44,915 nucleotides of DNA from Chitinophagaceae bacterium (GTDB lineage: Bacteria; Bacteroidota; Bacteroidia; Chitinophagales; Chitinophagaceae): positions 1 through 44,915 of the forward strand of contig DATDPZ010000230.1 in NCBI GenBank assembly GCA_035292525.1, in the 5' to 3' direction. The translations under genes and the position numbers were made by a program. Every line of letters begins with the position of its first letter. The first letter of the stretch is position 1. Positions 1 to 9,135 of the stretch are shown one piece after another. The notes below the pieces were generated by a model that saw only the letters and a list, made by a program, of their open reading frames with translations, did not search any database and was not told the DNA's origin.

Positions 1-104
1 TCATCGCTACTGTTGCTTCCGTCATCTACGTTATAAGTCTTTGAACAACTCCCAAACAGGATGACCAGTACCAACATCCATCCTGTATATTTTATCTGTT
101 TCAT
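1..104 (-). CDS. Putative lipoprotein, N-terminal fragment. The gene runs off the left edge of the window, directly downstream of the TonB-dependent receptor.
   Basis: The reverse complement of 1-104 starts with ATG (102-104) and reads MKQIKYTGWMLVLVILFGSCSKTYNVDDGSNSSD. This is a signal peptide ending in a Cys lipobox-like LFGSC. Only 34 codons are visible. Confidence 0.55.
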   Translation of the reverse strand, partial: MKQIKYTGWMLVLVILFGSCSKTYNVDDGSNSSD

Positions 105-130
105 ATTTTTATTTTATTCCGGTTAAATTT

Positions 131-2923
131 TTATTTGAAATTATACGTATAGGCTACAGAAATACTGGCGCCATACTTTACGTCATTTACCACCTGGTCA
201 TTTTTTTTGTTATAAACTTTTTTATTATCCAGGTTCTGGTAAAAAATTGTTTTCTGATTCAACATGTCGGACAGATTCAGTTTCAATTCTCCCTTCTTTC
301 CTACCTGCTTTCCCACCTGAAAATCCAGGATATCTCTTGCTCTTTCATAGATATCCGGGTAACCGGCAAAACCAACATCAGCAATCCGTTCGCCGGTACG
401 GTTATAAAGCAAACTGAAGGCAAGTCCGTTTTTAATTGTGTTGTATAAAATTCCTGCATTGATCAGGTAAGGAGACTGACCCTGAAGCGGACGTTCTTTG
501 CTTTCAAGATTTAAGGAAGCAATATTTACGGCAGACTTTATAATGGCCATGTTGGCATAAACAATTGTGTTTTCCAGCCAGCTTTTCTCTCCGAGAAAAC
601 TGAGTTGTTTTCTGATTTCCAGCTCCGCTCCGTAAGTATCTGCCTGGTCAGAATTGATGAAAGTGCGGATACGGTTACTGGGCACTGATCCGGAAAGTAT
701 GGCCTGCTCAATCGGATTTTTAAAGTTTTTATAGAAAGCAGATACGGAAACTATTTCACCTGCTTTTGGAAAAATTTCAAAGCGGATGTCTGCATTGGTA
801 TTCAAACTTCGTTGCAAATCAGGATTGCCAATGATGGAACTGTTGGTAACAAAATCATAGTAGGAAAAATTGGCCAGCTCACGGAATTCAGGTCTGGATA
901 CTGTCTGGGACAGCGCCAGTTTCAGGTTTTGTTTACGGGTAAAACTAAAAGTAAAGCTGGCAGAAGGCAGCACATCAAAATTTTTGTTACTCACAGCTAC
1001 CATACGGCCCGAAAGATCACGGGTATTCACTTCCTGGTTGAAATTTTCTACCCGTATTCCCCACAATAATCTTAATTTATCTGTAAAGCGGTTATCTAAA
1101 AGTGCATACCCTGCATTGAGCATTGAAGTAGCATGGTAGCGGTCAGTATTGCTGGTAATATCTTCAATAATAAAACCATCAGCGTTGATGTTTTCTTTAT
1201 TAAAGATTTTATCCGGAGGCAGAGTCAGCAGGTTTTCATTAAATGTACCATAAGGACTTTTCTTATATGTGAGAAACCTGGTTTGGAATTCTCTGGTTTT
1301 ATTCTGTCCCGAATAACCTGCTTTGAAAGTTTGTTTTTCATCATTCCAAATAAATGGCAGGGAATAATTAATGTTGGCTCCTGTAGCATGCTCATCCAGG
1401 TTACTGAAGAAGCGGAAAGTATTTTGTGGACGCAGAATAACAGAATAGGGTGATAAAGGAGAACTGATAGGCCGGAAGAATGAAATCACGGCCAGGTCGG
1501 GTTGATCCCGGTTCGTGTTTGAGAAACTGAAATTCCAGTTAAGCTTTTGATTGTTTTTACCCAACCGGTGTTCCCCTTCCAGTTGCGAACTGATCAGGGT
1601 TTTAATCAGCAGGTCATTGGCTGTCGTTCCGTTTTCAAGGTTAATGGCCTGGTCGTTATCATAATTAAATCCGCTTCGGGTGGTAAAGGTATTTTCAAAG
1701 GTCCTGTTGAAAAGATTCTTCAATGAAATCTTACTTTTTCCTTTTACCAAAGAAAAATTTGCCAGGGCCCCGAGGTTGGTTGTGTTTTTAAATAAAACAT
1801 CGCCGTATTCATATGAAGTGATGCCGGCACTTTCATAATCTTTACGGTTACTTTCATTAATGGATTGTATATGCTGATAAGTCAGTGAAAGTACTGTGCC
1901 GAAATAACTTTCCCCGGAAAGTTCTTTCCTGTTTCCAAAGGTCAATTGTATGTTTTGTGCCGGTAAAGAAACCGGAGTTTTGCGAAGCCCGAAATGATTA
2001 TCAAACATTTTTGAAAATGCAACTTGCTCACCGGAAGATGCGCTGTTGTATTTAGTTCTTGATTGGGGAAAGGAAGAAGGCATGTTACGGGTGCCATCAT
2101 CAAAACCAAGAAAATCATAATTACCTTTTACTCCTGATTTGAATTCCCTGAAAGTTGTTTGTGTATTAACACCCAGTCCTGCACCCAATGAAAAAAAGTT
2201 TTTTGAAGGAACATCTTTGGTATTCACCTGAACCATACCGCCGCTAAAATCACCGGGCAAATCGGGAGAAGCTGTTTTATTGATGATAATATTATCTACA
2301 AGGCTTGAAGGGATAATATCAAAAGAAAATGCTTTTCTGTCTGGTTCGCTGCTTGGTAAAACGGAATTATTGATCATGGCTCCGTTGTACCTGTCGGCCA
2401 GGCCACGCACTACCACAAATTTATTTTCCTGAACAGAAGCTCCGCTAACTCTTTTCAACACTGCGCCGGTATTCCTGTCAGGAGATTTTTTTATTATATC
2501 GGATGCTACCCCGTCGCTCATTCCCGCCTGTGTACGCTGCAGATTATAAAGTGTATTAATAGATTCTTTTCTGGCTGAAGAAGTAAGGACAACCGCTGAC
2601 ATTTCACGGGATTGAACTTCCAGCCCAATATCTATTTCGGTAAGTAATCCGGTTTTTACTTCTACTTCAGTTATTACTTTCGACTGGTAACCGGAATAAG
2701 ACAGCAGCAAAGTATATATTCCCGGCTCCATGCTGATTAGATAAGTGCCTTCCACACTGGTAGAAATTCCTTTTGCCTGTCCTTTGATAATAATGCTGGC
2801 TCCTGCCAGGGGTTCATTTGTTTTCAGATCTTTTACTTTCCCCGCTATTTTTCCCAACTGGGCGGATACAGAAACGGAAAAACAAATTAAACTGAGAATA
2901 AATGTGCTGGTAATCTTGCTCAC
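131..2923 (-). CDS. TonB-dependent receptor with an N-terminal carboxypeptidase-regulatory-like domain
   Basis: 930-aa ORF with a GTG start and signal peptide MSKITSTFILSLICFSVSVSAQ. A CarboxypepD_reg-like segment follows (GKVKDLKTNEPLAGASIIIKG...GIYTLLLSYSGYQ). The plug-like region is VRGLADRYNGAMINN...PDLPGDFSGGMVQVNTKD. The C-terminal barrel ends in YTYNFK. Confidence 0.9.
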   Translation of the reverse strand: MSKITSTFILSLICFSVSVSAQLGKIAGKVKDLKTNEPLAGASIIIKGQAKGISTSVEGTYLISMEPGIYTLLLSYSGYQSKVITEVEVKTGLLTEIDIGLEVQSREMSAVVLTSSARKESINTLYNLQRTQAGMSDGVASDIIKKSPDRNTGAVLKRVSGASVQENKFVVVRGLADRYNGAMINNSVLPSSEPDRKAFSFDIIPSSLVDNIIINKTASPDLPGDFSGGMVQVNTKDVPSKNFFSLGAGLGVNTQTTFREFKSGVKGNYDFLGFDDGTRNMPSSFPQSRTKYNSASSGEQVAFSKMFDNHFGLRKTPVSLPAQNIQLTFGNRKELSGESYFGTVLSLTYQHIQSINESNRKDYESAGITSYEYGDVLFKNTTNLGALANFSLVKGKSKISLKNLFNRTFENTFTTRSGFNYDNDQAINLENGTTANDLLIKTLISSQLEGEHRLGKNNQKLNWNFSFSNTNRDQPDLAVISFFRPISSPLSPYSVILRPQNTFRFFSNLDEHATGANINYSLPFIWNDEKQTFKAGYSGQNKTREFQTRFLTYKKSPYGTFNENLLTLPPDKIFNKENINADGFIIEDITSNTDRYHATSMLNAGYALLDNRFTDKLRLLWGIRVENFNQEVNTRDLSGRMVAVSNKNFDVLPSASFTFSFTRKQNLKLALSQTVSRPEFRELANFSYYDFVTNSSIIGNPDLQRSLNTNADIRFEIFPKAGEIVSVSAFYKNFKNPIEQAILSGSVPSNRIRTFINSDQADTYGAELEIRKQLSFLGEKSWLENTIVYANMAIIKSAVNIASLNLESKERPLQGQSPYLINAGILYNTIKNGLAFSLLYNRTGERIADVGFAGYPDIYERARDILDFQVGKQVGKKGELKLNLSDMLNQKTIFYQNLDNKKVYNKKNDQVVNDVKYGASISVAYTYNFK

Positions 2924-2945
2924 AATAAATTAGTTTTTGTTGTGG

Positions 2946-2953
2946 CAAAACTA
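2946..2953 (-). promoter_or_regulatory. Bacteroidota-type -7 promoter box (TAGTTTTG) for the receptor gene
   Basis: The minus strand reads TAGTTTTG, which matches TAnnTTTG. It ends 22 nt upstream of the GTG start at 2923. A TTG lies 16 nt upstream, inside the proximal direct repeat. Confidence 0.5.
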
Positions 2954-2964
2954 TCCGGTGAAGA

Positions 2965-3012
2965 TGATGCAAATGTTACGCCCCGGTTATGTAATTGTGA
3001 TGCTAATGTTAC
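2965..3012. promoter_or_regulatory. Two 15-bp direct repeats, TGATGCWAATGTTAC, spaced 33 bp start to start and overlapping the receptor promoter
   Basis: 2965-2979 is TGATGCAAATGTTAC and 2998-3012 is TGATGCTAATGTTAC, a 14/15 match. The proximal copy covers the -33 region of the predicted promoter. Confidence 0.5.
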
Positions 3013-3030
3013 TTTTGTATTAAGAATTTA

Positions 3031-4350
3031 TCAGAACTTGAATTGCAGGCGGCAGGTAAATACATTATCCTTCAGATCTGACGTGTATCCGGAAAGCCGG
3101 GTTGTTTCGTTTTTAACGATATCGTAGTAAAAAATAAGCTTGGTTTGTAAATTGAAATGGTAAACATAACCAAAGCCAACTGTTGAAAATTTAATATCTG
3201 CAGGGGTCAGGTTGGTTCCTGTTTTTCCAATTTCTGATTTGCTTACTTTTATATTAGGGTCATACCAGTCATACTTCAAAAGCAACTGGTTTTTGGTATT
3301 AATAATGTTATGTAACAGGTAAAAAAACGAGCCGTTAAAATGACGGACATAAGTGGGCAACAGTACTCCGTTTAAAGCAGGCAAAGCTCCGGGATTAGCC
3401 GTGCTGGTATTGGTTCCGGGTTGTGTGCCAAACCAATGCTCTGCCCGCAATTCAGTTTCGCCACGGGGACGATGAATTTTGAATTGAATGTCTGCGCCGT
3501 AATAATGCCGGGGAGAAGCTTTACCAAGATTGGAAACAGATGAATCAATGAAAAATAGTTTATCGCCATTGGCTGCTGTGCTGCTGGTATAAACGTATTT
3601 AGTGCCGTTTTTCCAACCGCCTCTTAAAAAAGAAAGACCGGCTCCTATTTCTGTATAATTAATTTTTTGAGGTTTTAAAAGCAAGCGGGAAATAAAATCT
3701 TTCCGGTCATCAAAATCTGTAGTGCCTACCACCCCCTGTCCATTAAAAAATCCTGCATCAAATTTAAAATTTTTCAGTTTATGTTTATTGGTAGGTGATT
3801 CAAATGAAAATACAATACCCAGGTCTCTTTCTCCCGGCATCAGGATTTGAGACATACGGCCTCTTTCCGGAGTTTCTCTTGCATTGGAACTTAAGTTCAC
3901 TTCAAACCCAAATGGCCTGGCAAATAAGCCGGCAGCGACCGACATAAAATTTCCTTTTGTTTCAAATATACGAACAAACATATCCCGGACAATTACTCCC
4001 CTTTCGGTTGCATCTATCTGAAAAGTAAATAATGCCTTAGGAAAATTTTGCCTGGTTTTTAATAAATAATCTATTTTTATCCTGGCTCTTCTTAACATGA
4101 ACCTGGTTTGTGAATACTGAGAAAAATTACCCCCGGCAAAAGATTGTACGCCGTCTGACTGGGCTACCTGAAATTGGGGCTGCATATAACCAGATATAAT
4201 CAGGTTTTCAAACCGCTTTATAAGTGGGCGTACTGTATCCTTAATAAAAAATGAAGAGTCTATATCTGTCAGATATCGTTGAGCATTTAAGGTTTGTATT
4301 GATAAAGAAAGAGCAATAATATTGCATACAAAAAATAACCTGTAAATCAT
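3031..4350 (-). CDS. Outer-membrane porin, probably of the phosphate-selective porin O/P family
   Basis: 439-aa ORF with signal peptide MIYRLFFVCNIIALSLSIQTLNAQ. The sequence has an alternating beta-strand character and ends in an aromatic residue (RLQFKF). It is divergent from the PhoU-like/PiT pair. Confidence 0.65.
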   Translation of the reverse strand: MIYRLFFVCNIIALSLSIQTLNAQRYLTDIDSSFFIKDTVRPLIKRFENLIISGYMQPQFQVAQSDGVQSFAGGNFSQYSQTRFMLRRARIKIDYLLKTRQNFPKALFTFQIDATERGVIVRDMFVRIFETKGNFMSVAAGLFARPFGFEVNLSSNARETPERGRMSQILMPGERDLGIVFSFESPTNKHKLKNFKFDAGFFNGQGVVGTTDFDDRKDFISRLLLKPQKINYTEIGAGLSFLRGGWKNGTKYVYTSSTAANGDKLFFIDSSVSNLGKASPRHYYGADIQFKIHRPRGETELRAEHWFGTQPGTNTSTANPGALPALNGVLLPTYVRHFNGSFFYLLHNIINTKNQLLLKYDWYDPNIKVSKSEIGKTGTNLTPADIKFSTVGFGYVYHFNLQTKLIFYYDIVKNETTRLSGYTSDLKDNVFTCRLQFKF

Positions 4351-4433
4351 TTACCCCTAATTTAAAGCATCAAAATGAATAGAAGCGGTTGCAAAATACT
4401 TTTTTTGTCATATAAAATCAGCATTTCTTTGCC

Positions 4434-4472
4434 ATTAATAATAAATTATCTCTATATTAATTTATTATTAAT
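4434..4472. repeat. Perfect 15-bp inverted repeat with a 9-bp spacer in the divergent porin / PhoU-like promoter region
   Basis: 4434-4448 is ATTAATAATAAATTA and 4458-4472 is TAATTTATTATTAAT, its exact reverse complement. The spacer is TCTCTATAT. Confidence 0.6.
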
Positions 4473-4535
4473 AAAAAATTACCAGGGTTGAATTTGATTA
4501 TGGCTGGTAACTTCGCAATCAATAAATTTTAAATT

Positions 4536-5183
4536 ATGAGTCTCAATGCTATTATGAAAATATTTGTTCCAAAGAGCAAAGTATTTTATGATCTTTTTGA
4601 AAATGTAGCCAATAATGTTGCTATTATGGGGAAAAAACTCAAAGAGCTGGTAGCCGAACCTGACTTTGATAAAAGAGCGGCCATCATTACCCAGATTGAA
4701 GATCTGGAACATGCCAATGATGATTTGACACATAATATATTTACAGAGCTTGGAAGAAATTTTATTACCCCCTTTGACAGAGAAGATATCCATTACCTGG
4801 CCACGTCGCTGGATGATATTGCAGATACCATTTATGCTTCTGCCAAAAAAATCAACTTCTACCGGGTAAACCCGAATGATATCGGCATTCAGAAATTAGC
4901 AGAGATCATTGACCAAAGTGCTTCACTTGTTTGTACGGCTGTTATCGGGCTCCGGAATATGAAGAATGTGCGCCAGATTACAGAATCTCTTGTAAAAATT
5001 AATAGTATGGAAAACCAGGCCGATGATATTTTTGATATGAGTATTGAGCGTCTTTTCGAAACCGAACCAAATGCCAAAGAAGTTATTAAGAAAAGAGAAA
5101 TCTACCAGGTGATGGAAGTAGCCACAGATAAATGTGAAGATGCAGCGAATGTTATCGAGTCTATTATTATTAAATATGCCTGA
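4536..5183 (+). CDS. DUF47 / PhoU-like putative phosphate transport regulator
   Basis: 215-aa helical protein (MSLNAIMKIFVPKSKVFYDLFE...DREDIHYLATSLDDIAD...ENQADDIFD). This is the typical DUF47 partner gene found directly upstream of a PiT transporter. Confidence 0.8.
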   Translation: MSLNAIMKIFVPKSKVFYDLFENVANNVAIMGKKLKELVAEPDFDKRAAIITQIEDLEHANDDLTHNIFTELGRNFITPFDREDIHYLATSLDDIADTIYASAKKINFYRVNPNDIGIQKLAEIIDQSASLVCTAVIGLRNMKNVRQITESLVKINSMENQADDIFDMSIERLFETEPNAKEVIKKREIYQVMEVATDKCEDAANVIESIIIKYA

Positions 5184-5262
5184 TTAAATATGTGGGCTAT
5201 ACTTCAATTTTCATGAAGGAACCCGAACATCTGTATTTTACTAAATCTGCAAATTAATATTT

Positions 5263-6462
5263 ATGATGACTTTTTTGATAGTAGTCATAGCACTCACCTT
5301 AATTTTCGATTATATCAATGGTTTTCATGATGCGGCTAATTCCATCGCTACCGTTGTTTCCACTAAAGTACTAACACCTTTCCAGGCTGTACTCTGGGCT
5401 GCTTTTTTCAATTTCGTTGCCCTTTATATTTTTACGGATTTTAACGTAGCAACAACTATATCAAAAACTGTACATAAAGAATTTATTACACTGCCTTTGA
5501 TTTTTTCTGGAATAATTGCTGCAATAATCTGGAACCTGCTCACCTGGTGGTTTGGCATTCCTTCTTCTTCTTCACACACTTTGATGGGTGGATTTGCCGG
5601 CGCTGCTATTGCACATGCCGGATTCAGTTCCGTTAGCGCCCCGATAATTATAAAAACAGCAGTTTTCATTTTTCTTGCACCACTAATTGGTATGATAATG
5701 GCATTAATCCTCTCTTTGTGGTTTCTCAATTCTTTCCGAAAAAACCATCTTCCAAAACTTATTTCGGTTTTGGTATTAATAATTGCCGGATACCTGCTTT
5801 ATTATAATCTTGAACTGGATCCTGAGAAATTAAAAGAAGTAAGTTTTGAATCTTATTTCATGAAAGTAATTTTTTTCCCAAGAAACTTTAAATGGAATAT
5901 ACTGGCCTTTATCATTTTAATGATATGCGTTCTTACCTTTTATTTAAATACAATGAATGTAACCAAATCAAATCATTGGTTCAAAAGAATGCAGTTAATT
6001 TCTGCAGCAGCATTCAGCATAGGACATGGGGGTAACGATGCACAAAAAGCTATGGGTATTATTGCTGCCGCAATGATGGCAGCCGGTCAAATCGGAGATG
6101 CAAGTGAACTTCCCTACTGGGTTCCTTTTGCCTGCCATCTGGCTATGGCTTTGGGTACGCTGACCGGAGGCTGGAAAATTGTAAAAACAATGGGCACCCG
6201 AATAACTAAAGTAACACCATTTGAAGGGGTGGCAGCAGAAACTGCCGGAGCTATTACCTTGTTTGTCACAGAAGCATTAAAAATTCCAGTAAGTACCACC
6301 CATACAATATCGGGAGCCATTATGGGTGTTGGAGCAACAAAAAGATTATCAGCTGTACGCTGGGGCGTTACTGTAAACCTGCTTTGGGCATGGGTACTTA
6401 CTATTCCTGTAAGCGCCTTACTGGCAGCAGGAGTTTATTCAGTAGTAAAACTGTTCTTCTAA
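5263..6462 (+). CDS. Inorganic phosphate transporter, PiT family
   Basis: 399-aa polytopic membrane protein carrying both PiT signature repeats: GFHDAANSIATVVST near the N-terminus and GHGGNDAQKAMGII in the second half. Confidence 0.9.
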   Translation: MMTFLIVVIALTLIFDYINGFHDAANSIATVVSTKVLTPFQAVLWAAFFNFVALYIFTDFNVATTISKTVHKEFITLPLIFSGIIAAIIWNLLTWWFGIPSSSSHTLMGGFAGAAIAHAGFSSVSAPIIIKTAVFIFLAPLIGMIMALILSLWFLNSFRKNHLPKLISVLVLIIAGYLLYYNLELDPEKLKEVSFESYFMKVIFFPRNFKWNILAFIILMICVLTFYLNTMNVTKSNHWFKRMQLISAAAFSIGHGGNDAQKAMGIIAAAMMAAGQIGDASELPYWVPFACHLAMALGTLTGGWKIVKTMGTRITKVTPFEGVAAETAGAITLFVTEALKIPVSTTHTISGAIMGVGATKRLSAVRWGVTVNLLWAWVLTIPVSALLAAGVYSVVKLFF

Positions 6463-6508
6463 GCTTATCTCGTTTTTTTTTTCCGATTTTTGCTACAAAT
6501 AAACTTTC

Positions 6509-7564
6509 ATGGCAAAAATTTTAGTCACCGGCGGATGTGGTTATATTGGCTCTCATACCCTGGTTGATCTTATTGAAAACGGATATGATGTGGTCTGTGT
6601 AGATAATAATTCAAGGTCTAATGATTCGATGCTTGAAAGAGTAGAAAAGATCACTGGTCAGAAAATAAAGAACTATAAAGTTGATCTCTGCAATTTTGAT
6701 GACAGCTTTGCCATCTTCCAGGAAAATATTGATATCAGGGGCGTCATTCATTTTGCCGCCTTCAAATCTGTAAATGAATCGGTAGAAAATCCCCTGATGT
6801 ATTTTGAAAACAATCTTTTTTCGCTGATCAATTTGCTGAAATGCGTGAAAGAATTTGAAATTCCCTGGTTTGTATTCTCTTCTTCCTGCACAGTATATGG
6901 CAGCCCGGACAACAGCCCTGTTACAGAAAACACACCATTAAAACCTGCTGCATCTCCCTACGGCGCAACCAAACAAATGGGCGAGCAAATTGTTTCTGAG
7001 TTTGCAAAAACTTCTGAAACAAAATGTATCCTGCTCCGGTATTTTAACCCGGTGGGAGCTCATCCCTCTGCTATCATTGGAGAAATGCCGGTGGGTAAAC
7101 CTCAAAATCTCTTTCCCGCTATAACACAAACTGCTATTGGTAACCTGCCCCAGTTGATTGTTTATGGAAATGATTATCCAACCAGGGACGGCAGCTGCAT
7201 CCGCGATTTTATTCATGTTTGTGATATTGCCAATGCTCATACCCTTGCCGTAGATTATGTAGCCGAAGGAAAAAATAGATCTTCCTGTGAAGTATTTAAT
7301 CTGGGTACCGGTAATGGAGTAACGGTGCTGGAAGCAATTCATGCCTTTGAAAAAGCAAACGGAGTGAAACTGAACTATATAACCGGACCAAGAAGGCCGG
7401 GAGATATTATGTCAATTTATGCCAATAATGATCTTGCAAAAACAGCCTTGGGCTGGAATCCAAAATATAGTATTGAAGACATGGTAAAAACTGCATGGAA
7501 ATGGGAACAAAGATTAAAAGCAGATGAAAAAGTGTTTTCAGGAAAACCAGGCGAATTGAATTAA
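6509..7564 (+). CDS. galE: UDP-glucose 4-epimerase
   Basis: 351 aa with the Rossmann motif VTGGCGYIGSH, the catalytic YGATK motif, and RYFNPVGAH and DYPTRDGSCIRDFIHV. Confidence 0.9.
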   Translation: MAKILVTGGCGYIGSHTLVDLIENGYDVVCVDNNSRSNDSMLERVEKITGQKIKNYKVDLCNFDDSFAIFQENIDIRGVIHFAAFKSVNESVENPLMYFENNLFSLINLLKCVKEFEIPWFVFSSSCTVYGSPDNSPVTENTPLKPAASPYGATKQMGEQIVSEFAKTSETKCILLRYFNPVGAHPSAIIGEMPVGKPQNLFPAITQTAIGNLPQLIVYGNDYPTRDGSCIRDFIHVCDIANAHTLAVDYVAEGKNRSSCEVFNLGTGNGVTVLEAIHAFEKANGVKLNYITGPRRPGDIMSIYANNDLAKTALGWNPKYSIEDMVKTAWKWEQRLKADEKVFSGKPGELN

Positions 7565-7871
7565 TGGTCAATTGACAATCTTCAATTGGCAATTGGCAAA
7601 GAACTATTGATTGAATCATGGCTTCAAAAAATTTTCTTTTACTGATCAGATCAGGAGATCATCAAGAAGTGTTTGTAACAACATTGCTGAAGCATACAGA
7701 AAGAAAAAATACCCGGCACATTTTGTTCTAAAAATAACCACTAGCGACGCAGAAAACTCAGAAACAAACGTATGGTTTGACTTCCCTAAAGATTGCAGTT
7801 ATATAGCTTTGGAGAAACACCAATCATTAATTAATCGTAATAAGAGATTGGAAGATTGCTTAATCAGATGA
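7560..7871 (+). pseudogene. Decayed four-helix-bundle protein gene (23S rRNA intervening-sequence protein family)
   Basis: The frame reads ..TIFNWQLAKNY*LNHGFKKFSFTDQIRRSSRSVCNNIAEAYRKKKY...SETNVW. The family core DQIRRSS..NIAEA is present. There is an in-frame TGA at 7608-7610, no ATG, and the W-to-QIRR segment is shorter than I remember for this family. The frame opens inside the galE stop region. Confidence 0.5.
7569..7598. repeat. Left arm of an imperfect inverted repeat flanking the four-helix-bundle gene (CAATTG-rich)
   Basis: AATTGACAAT (7570-7579) and GGCAATTGGCA (7588-7598) have reverse-complement partners at 7957-7966 (10/10) and 7945-7955 (10/11). Confidence 0.6.
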
Positions 7872-7944
7872 TCAATAACCCAGATAAATATTAGTAGAGC
7901 AAAATGAGCCGATTTTTGTCTATTACCATTTGTTTATTGCTTAA

Positions 7945-7967
7945 TGCAAATTGCCTATTGTCAATTT
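7945..7967. repeat. Right arm of the inverted repeat flanking the four-helix-bundle gene
   Basis: TGCAAATTGCCTATTGTCAATT. It overlaps the -33 TTG of the predicted transketolase promoter. Confidence 0.6.
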
Positions 7968-7987
7968 CCTCTTAACTCTTACTTTTG
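7958..7987 (+). promoter_or_regulatory. Bacteroidota sigma-A type promoter, TTG-N19-TACTTTTG
   Basis: TTG at 7958-7960, an exact 19-nt spacer, then TACTTTTG at 7980-7987. The motif ends 17 nt before the ATG at 8005. Confidence 0.55.
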
Positions 7988-8004
7988 CGACACAAAATAT
8001 TTTA

Positions 8005-8958
8005 ATGCTTAAAGAAATTCAACCTTCAGGAAATAAAGACACCCGAAGCGGATTTGGTGACGGAATAGTAGAACTTGCCAGAAAAAATCCTAACATTGTT
8101 GCCTTGACTGCTGATCTGGCCGGTTCTTTAAAGCTGCAGCAGTTCATCAAAGAATTTCCCGAACGTTTTTTTCAATGCGGCATAGCCGAAGCCAATATGA
8201 TGAGTATTGCTGCCGGATTAACCATCGGCGGAAAAATTCCTTACACCACTACGTTTGCCAACTTTTCTACCGGCCGTGTATATGATCAGATACGTCAGAG
8301 TATTGCTTATAGTGGTAAAAATGTAAAGATCTGTGCATCGCATGCAGGAGTTACGCTTGGTGAAGATGGCGCCACACACCAGATTTTAGAAGACATTGGA
8401 TTGATGAAAATGCTCCCCGGTATGACTGTGATTGTACCCTGTGATTATAGCCAGACAAAAGCAGCAACAATGGCAATTGCAGATCATACAGGACCTGTTT
8501 ACTTAAGATTCGGAAGACCCGTGTGGCCGATATTCACTTCTGCTCTTCCCTTTGAAATCGGAAAGGCACAATTTTTTTCAGAAGGAACGGATGTTTCCAT
8601 TTTTGCCTGTGGCCATTTGGTATGGAATGCTATCCAGGCCGGTGTTATTTTACAGGAAAAAGGCATTCGTGTAGAAGTGATAAATATTCATACCATCAAA
8701 CCGATGGATGAAGCAGCCGTGATCAAATCCATTCGTAAAACAAAATGTGCCGTGACTGCCGAAGAACATAATGTAATCGGCGGACTGGGCGATGCAATAG
8801 CACAATGTGCAGCAAGGAATTTTCCGGTGCCCATTGAATTTGTAGGTACGAAAGATACTTTTGGCGAAAGTGGTACTCCAAAAGAATTACTGAAAAAATA
8901 CGGTTTAGATGTGCCGGATATTGTTGCCGCTGCAGAAAAAGTAATGGGAAGAAAATAA
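8005..8958 (+). CDS. Transketolase, C-terminal (pyrimidine-binding) subunit
   Basis: [41 protein letters not shown]...[15 protein letters not shown]...[15 protein letters not shown] chose the ATG at 8005 over the TTG-extended ORF at 7951 because the predicted promoter lies inside that extension. Confidence 0.85.
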   Translation: MLKEIQPSGNKDTRSGFGDGIVELARKNPNIVALTADLAGSLKLQQFIKEFPERFFQCGIAEANMMSIAAGLTIGGKIPYTTTFANFSTGRVYDQIRQSIAYSGKNVKICASHAGVTLGEDGATHQILEDIGLMKMLPGMTVIVPCDYSQTKAATMAIADHTGPVYLRFGRPVWPIFTSALPFEIGKAQFFSEGTDVSIFACGHLVWNAIQAGVILQEKGIRVEVINIHTIKPMDEAAVIKSIRKTKCAVTAEEHNVIGGLGDAIAQCAARNFPVPIEFVGTKDTFGESGTPKELLKKYGLDVPDIVAAAEKVMGRK

Positions 8959-8978
8959 TTTTTTTATCCGTTCAATTT

Positions 8979-9010
8979 AAAACCAATACTTCGAAAGCAT
9001 TGGTTTTTTT
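8979..9010 (+). terminator. Rho-independent terminator after the transketolase subunit gene
   Basis: AAAACCAAT (8979-8987) pairs with ATTGGTTTT (8999-9007) across an 11-nt loop, and the T run continues to 9010. Confidence 0.6.
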
Positions 9011-9135
9011 ATTAAATAAACAATTGCTGGTTTATTCCATTTACTGCTTGATCCGGAATCTGGAAAAAACAATTCCAAAAGCAAATGCTGGCTTAAGCCA
9101 ATAAAAAAAACTATTTTTATCGGGGTAAATTAAAC

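Noticed and set aside
142-152. TATACGTATA palindrome containing CGTATA near the 3-prime end of the first receptor gene and upstream of the partial lipoprotein gene.
   Set aside because: No AAATCY element lies at 16-17 nt on either strand, and the sequence is inside coding sequence.
6938-7342. Long ORFs antisense to well-supported genes, for example 6938-7342, 19271-19642, 23644-24030, 25269-25658, 32484-32879, 37243-37680, 37759-38154, 17759-18115 and 10608-11000.
   Set aside because: Each lies entirely inside a confidently assigned gene on the opposite strand. Their composition is low-complexity or Cys/His/Arg-rich, as expected from antisense translation, and I recognised no motifs.
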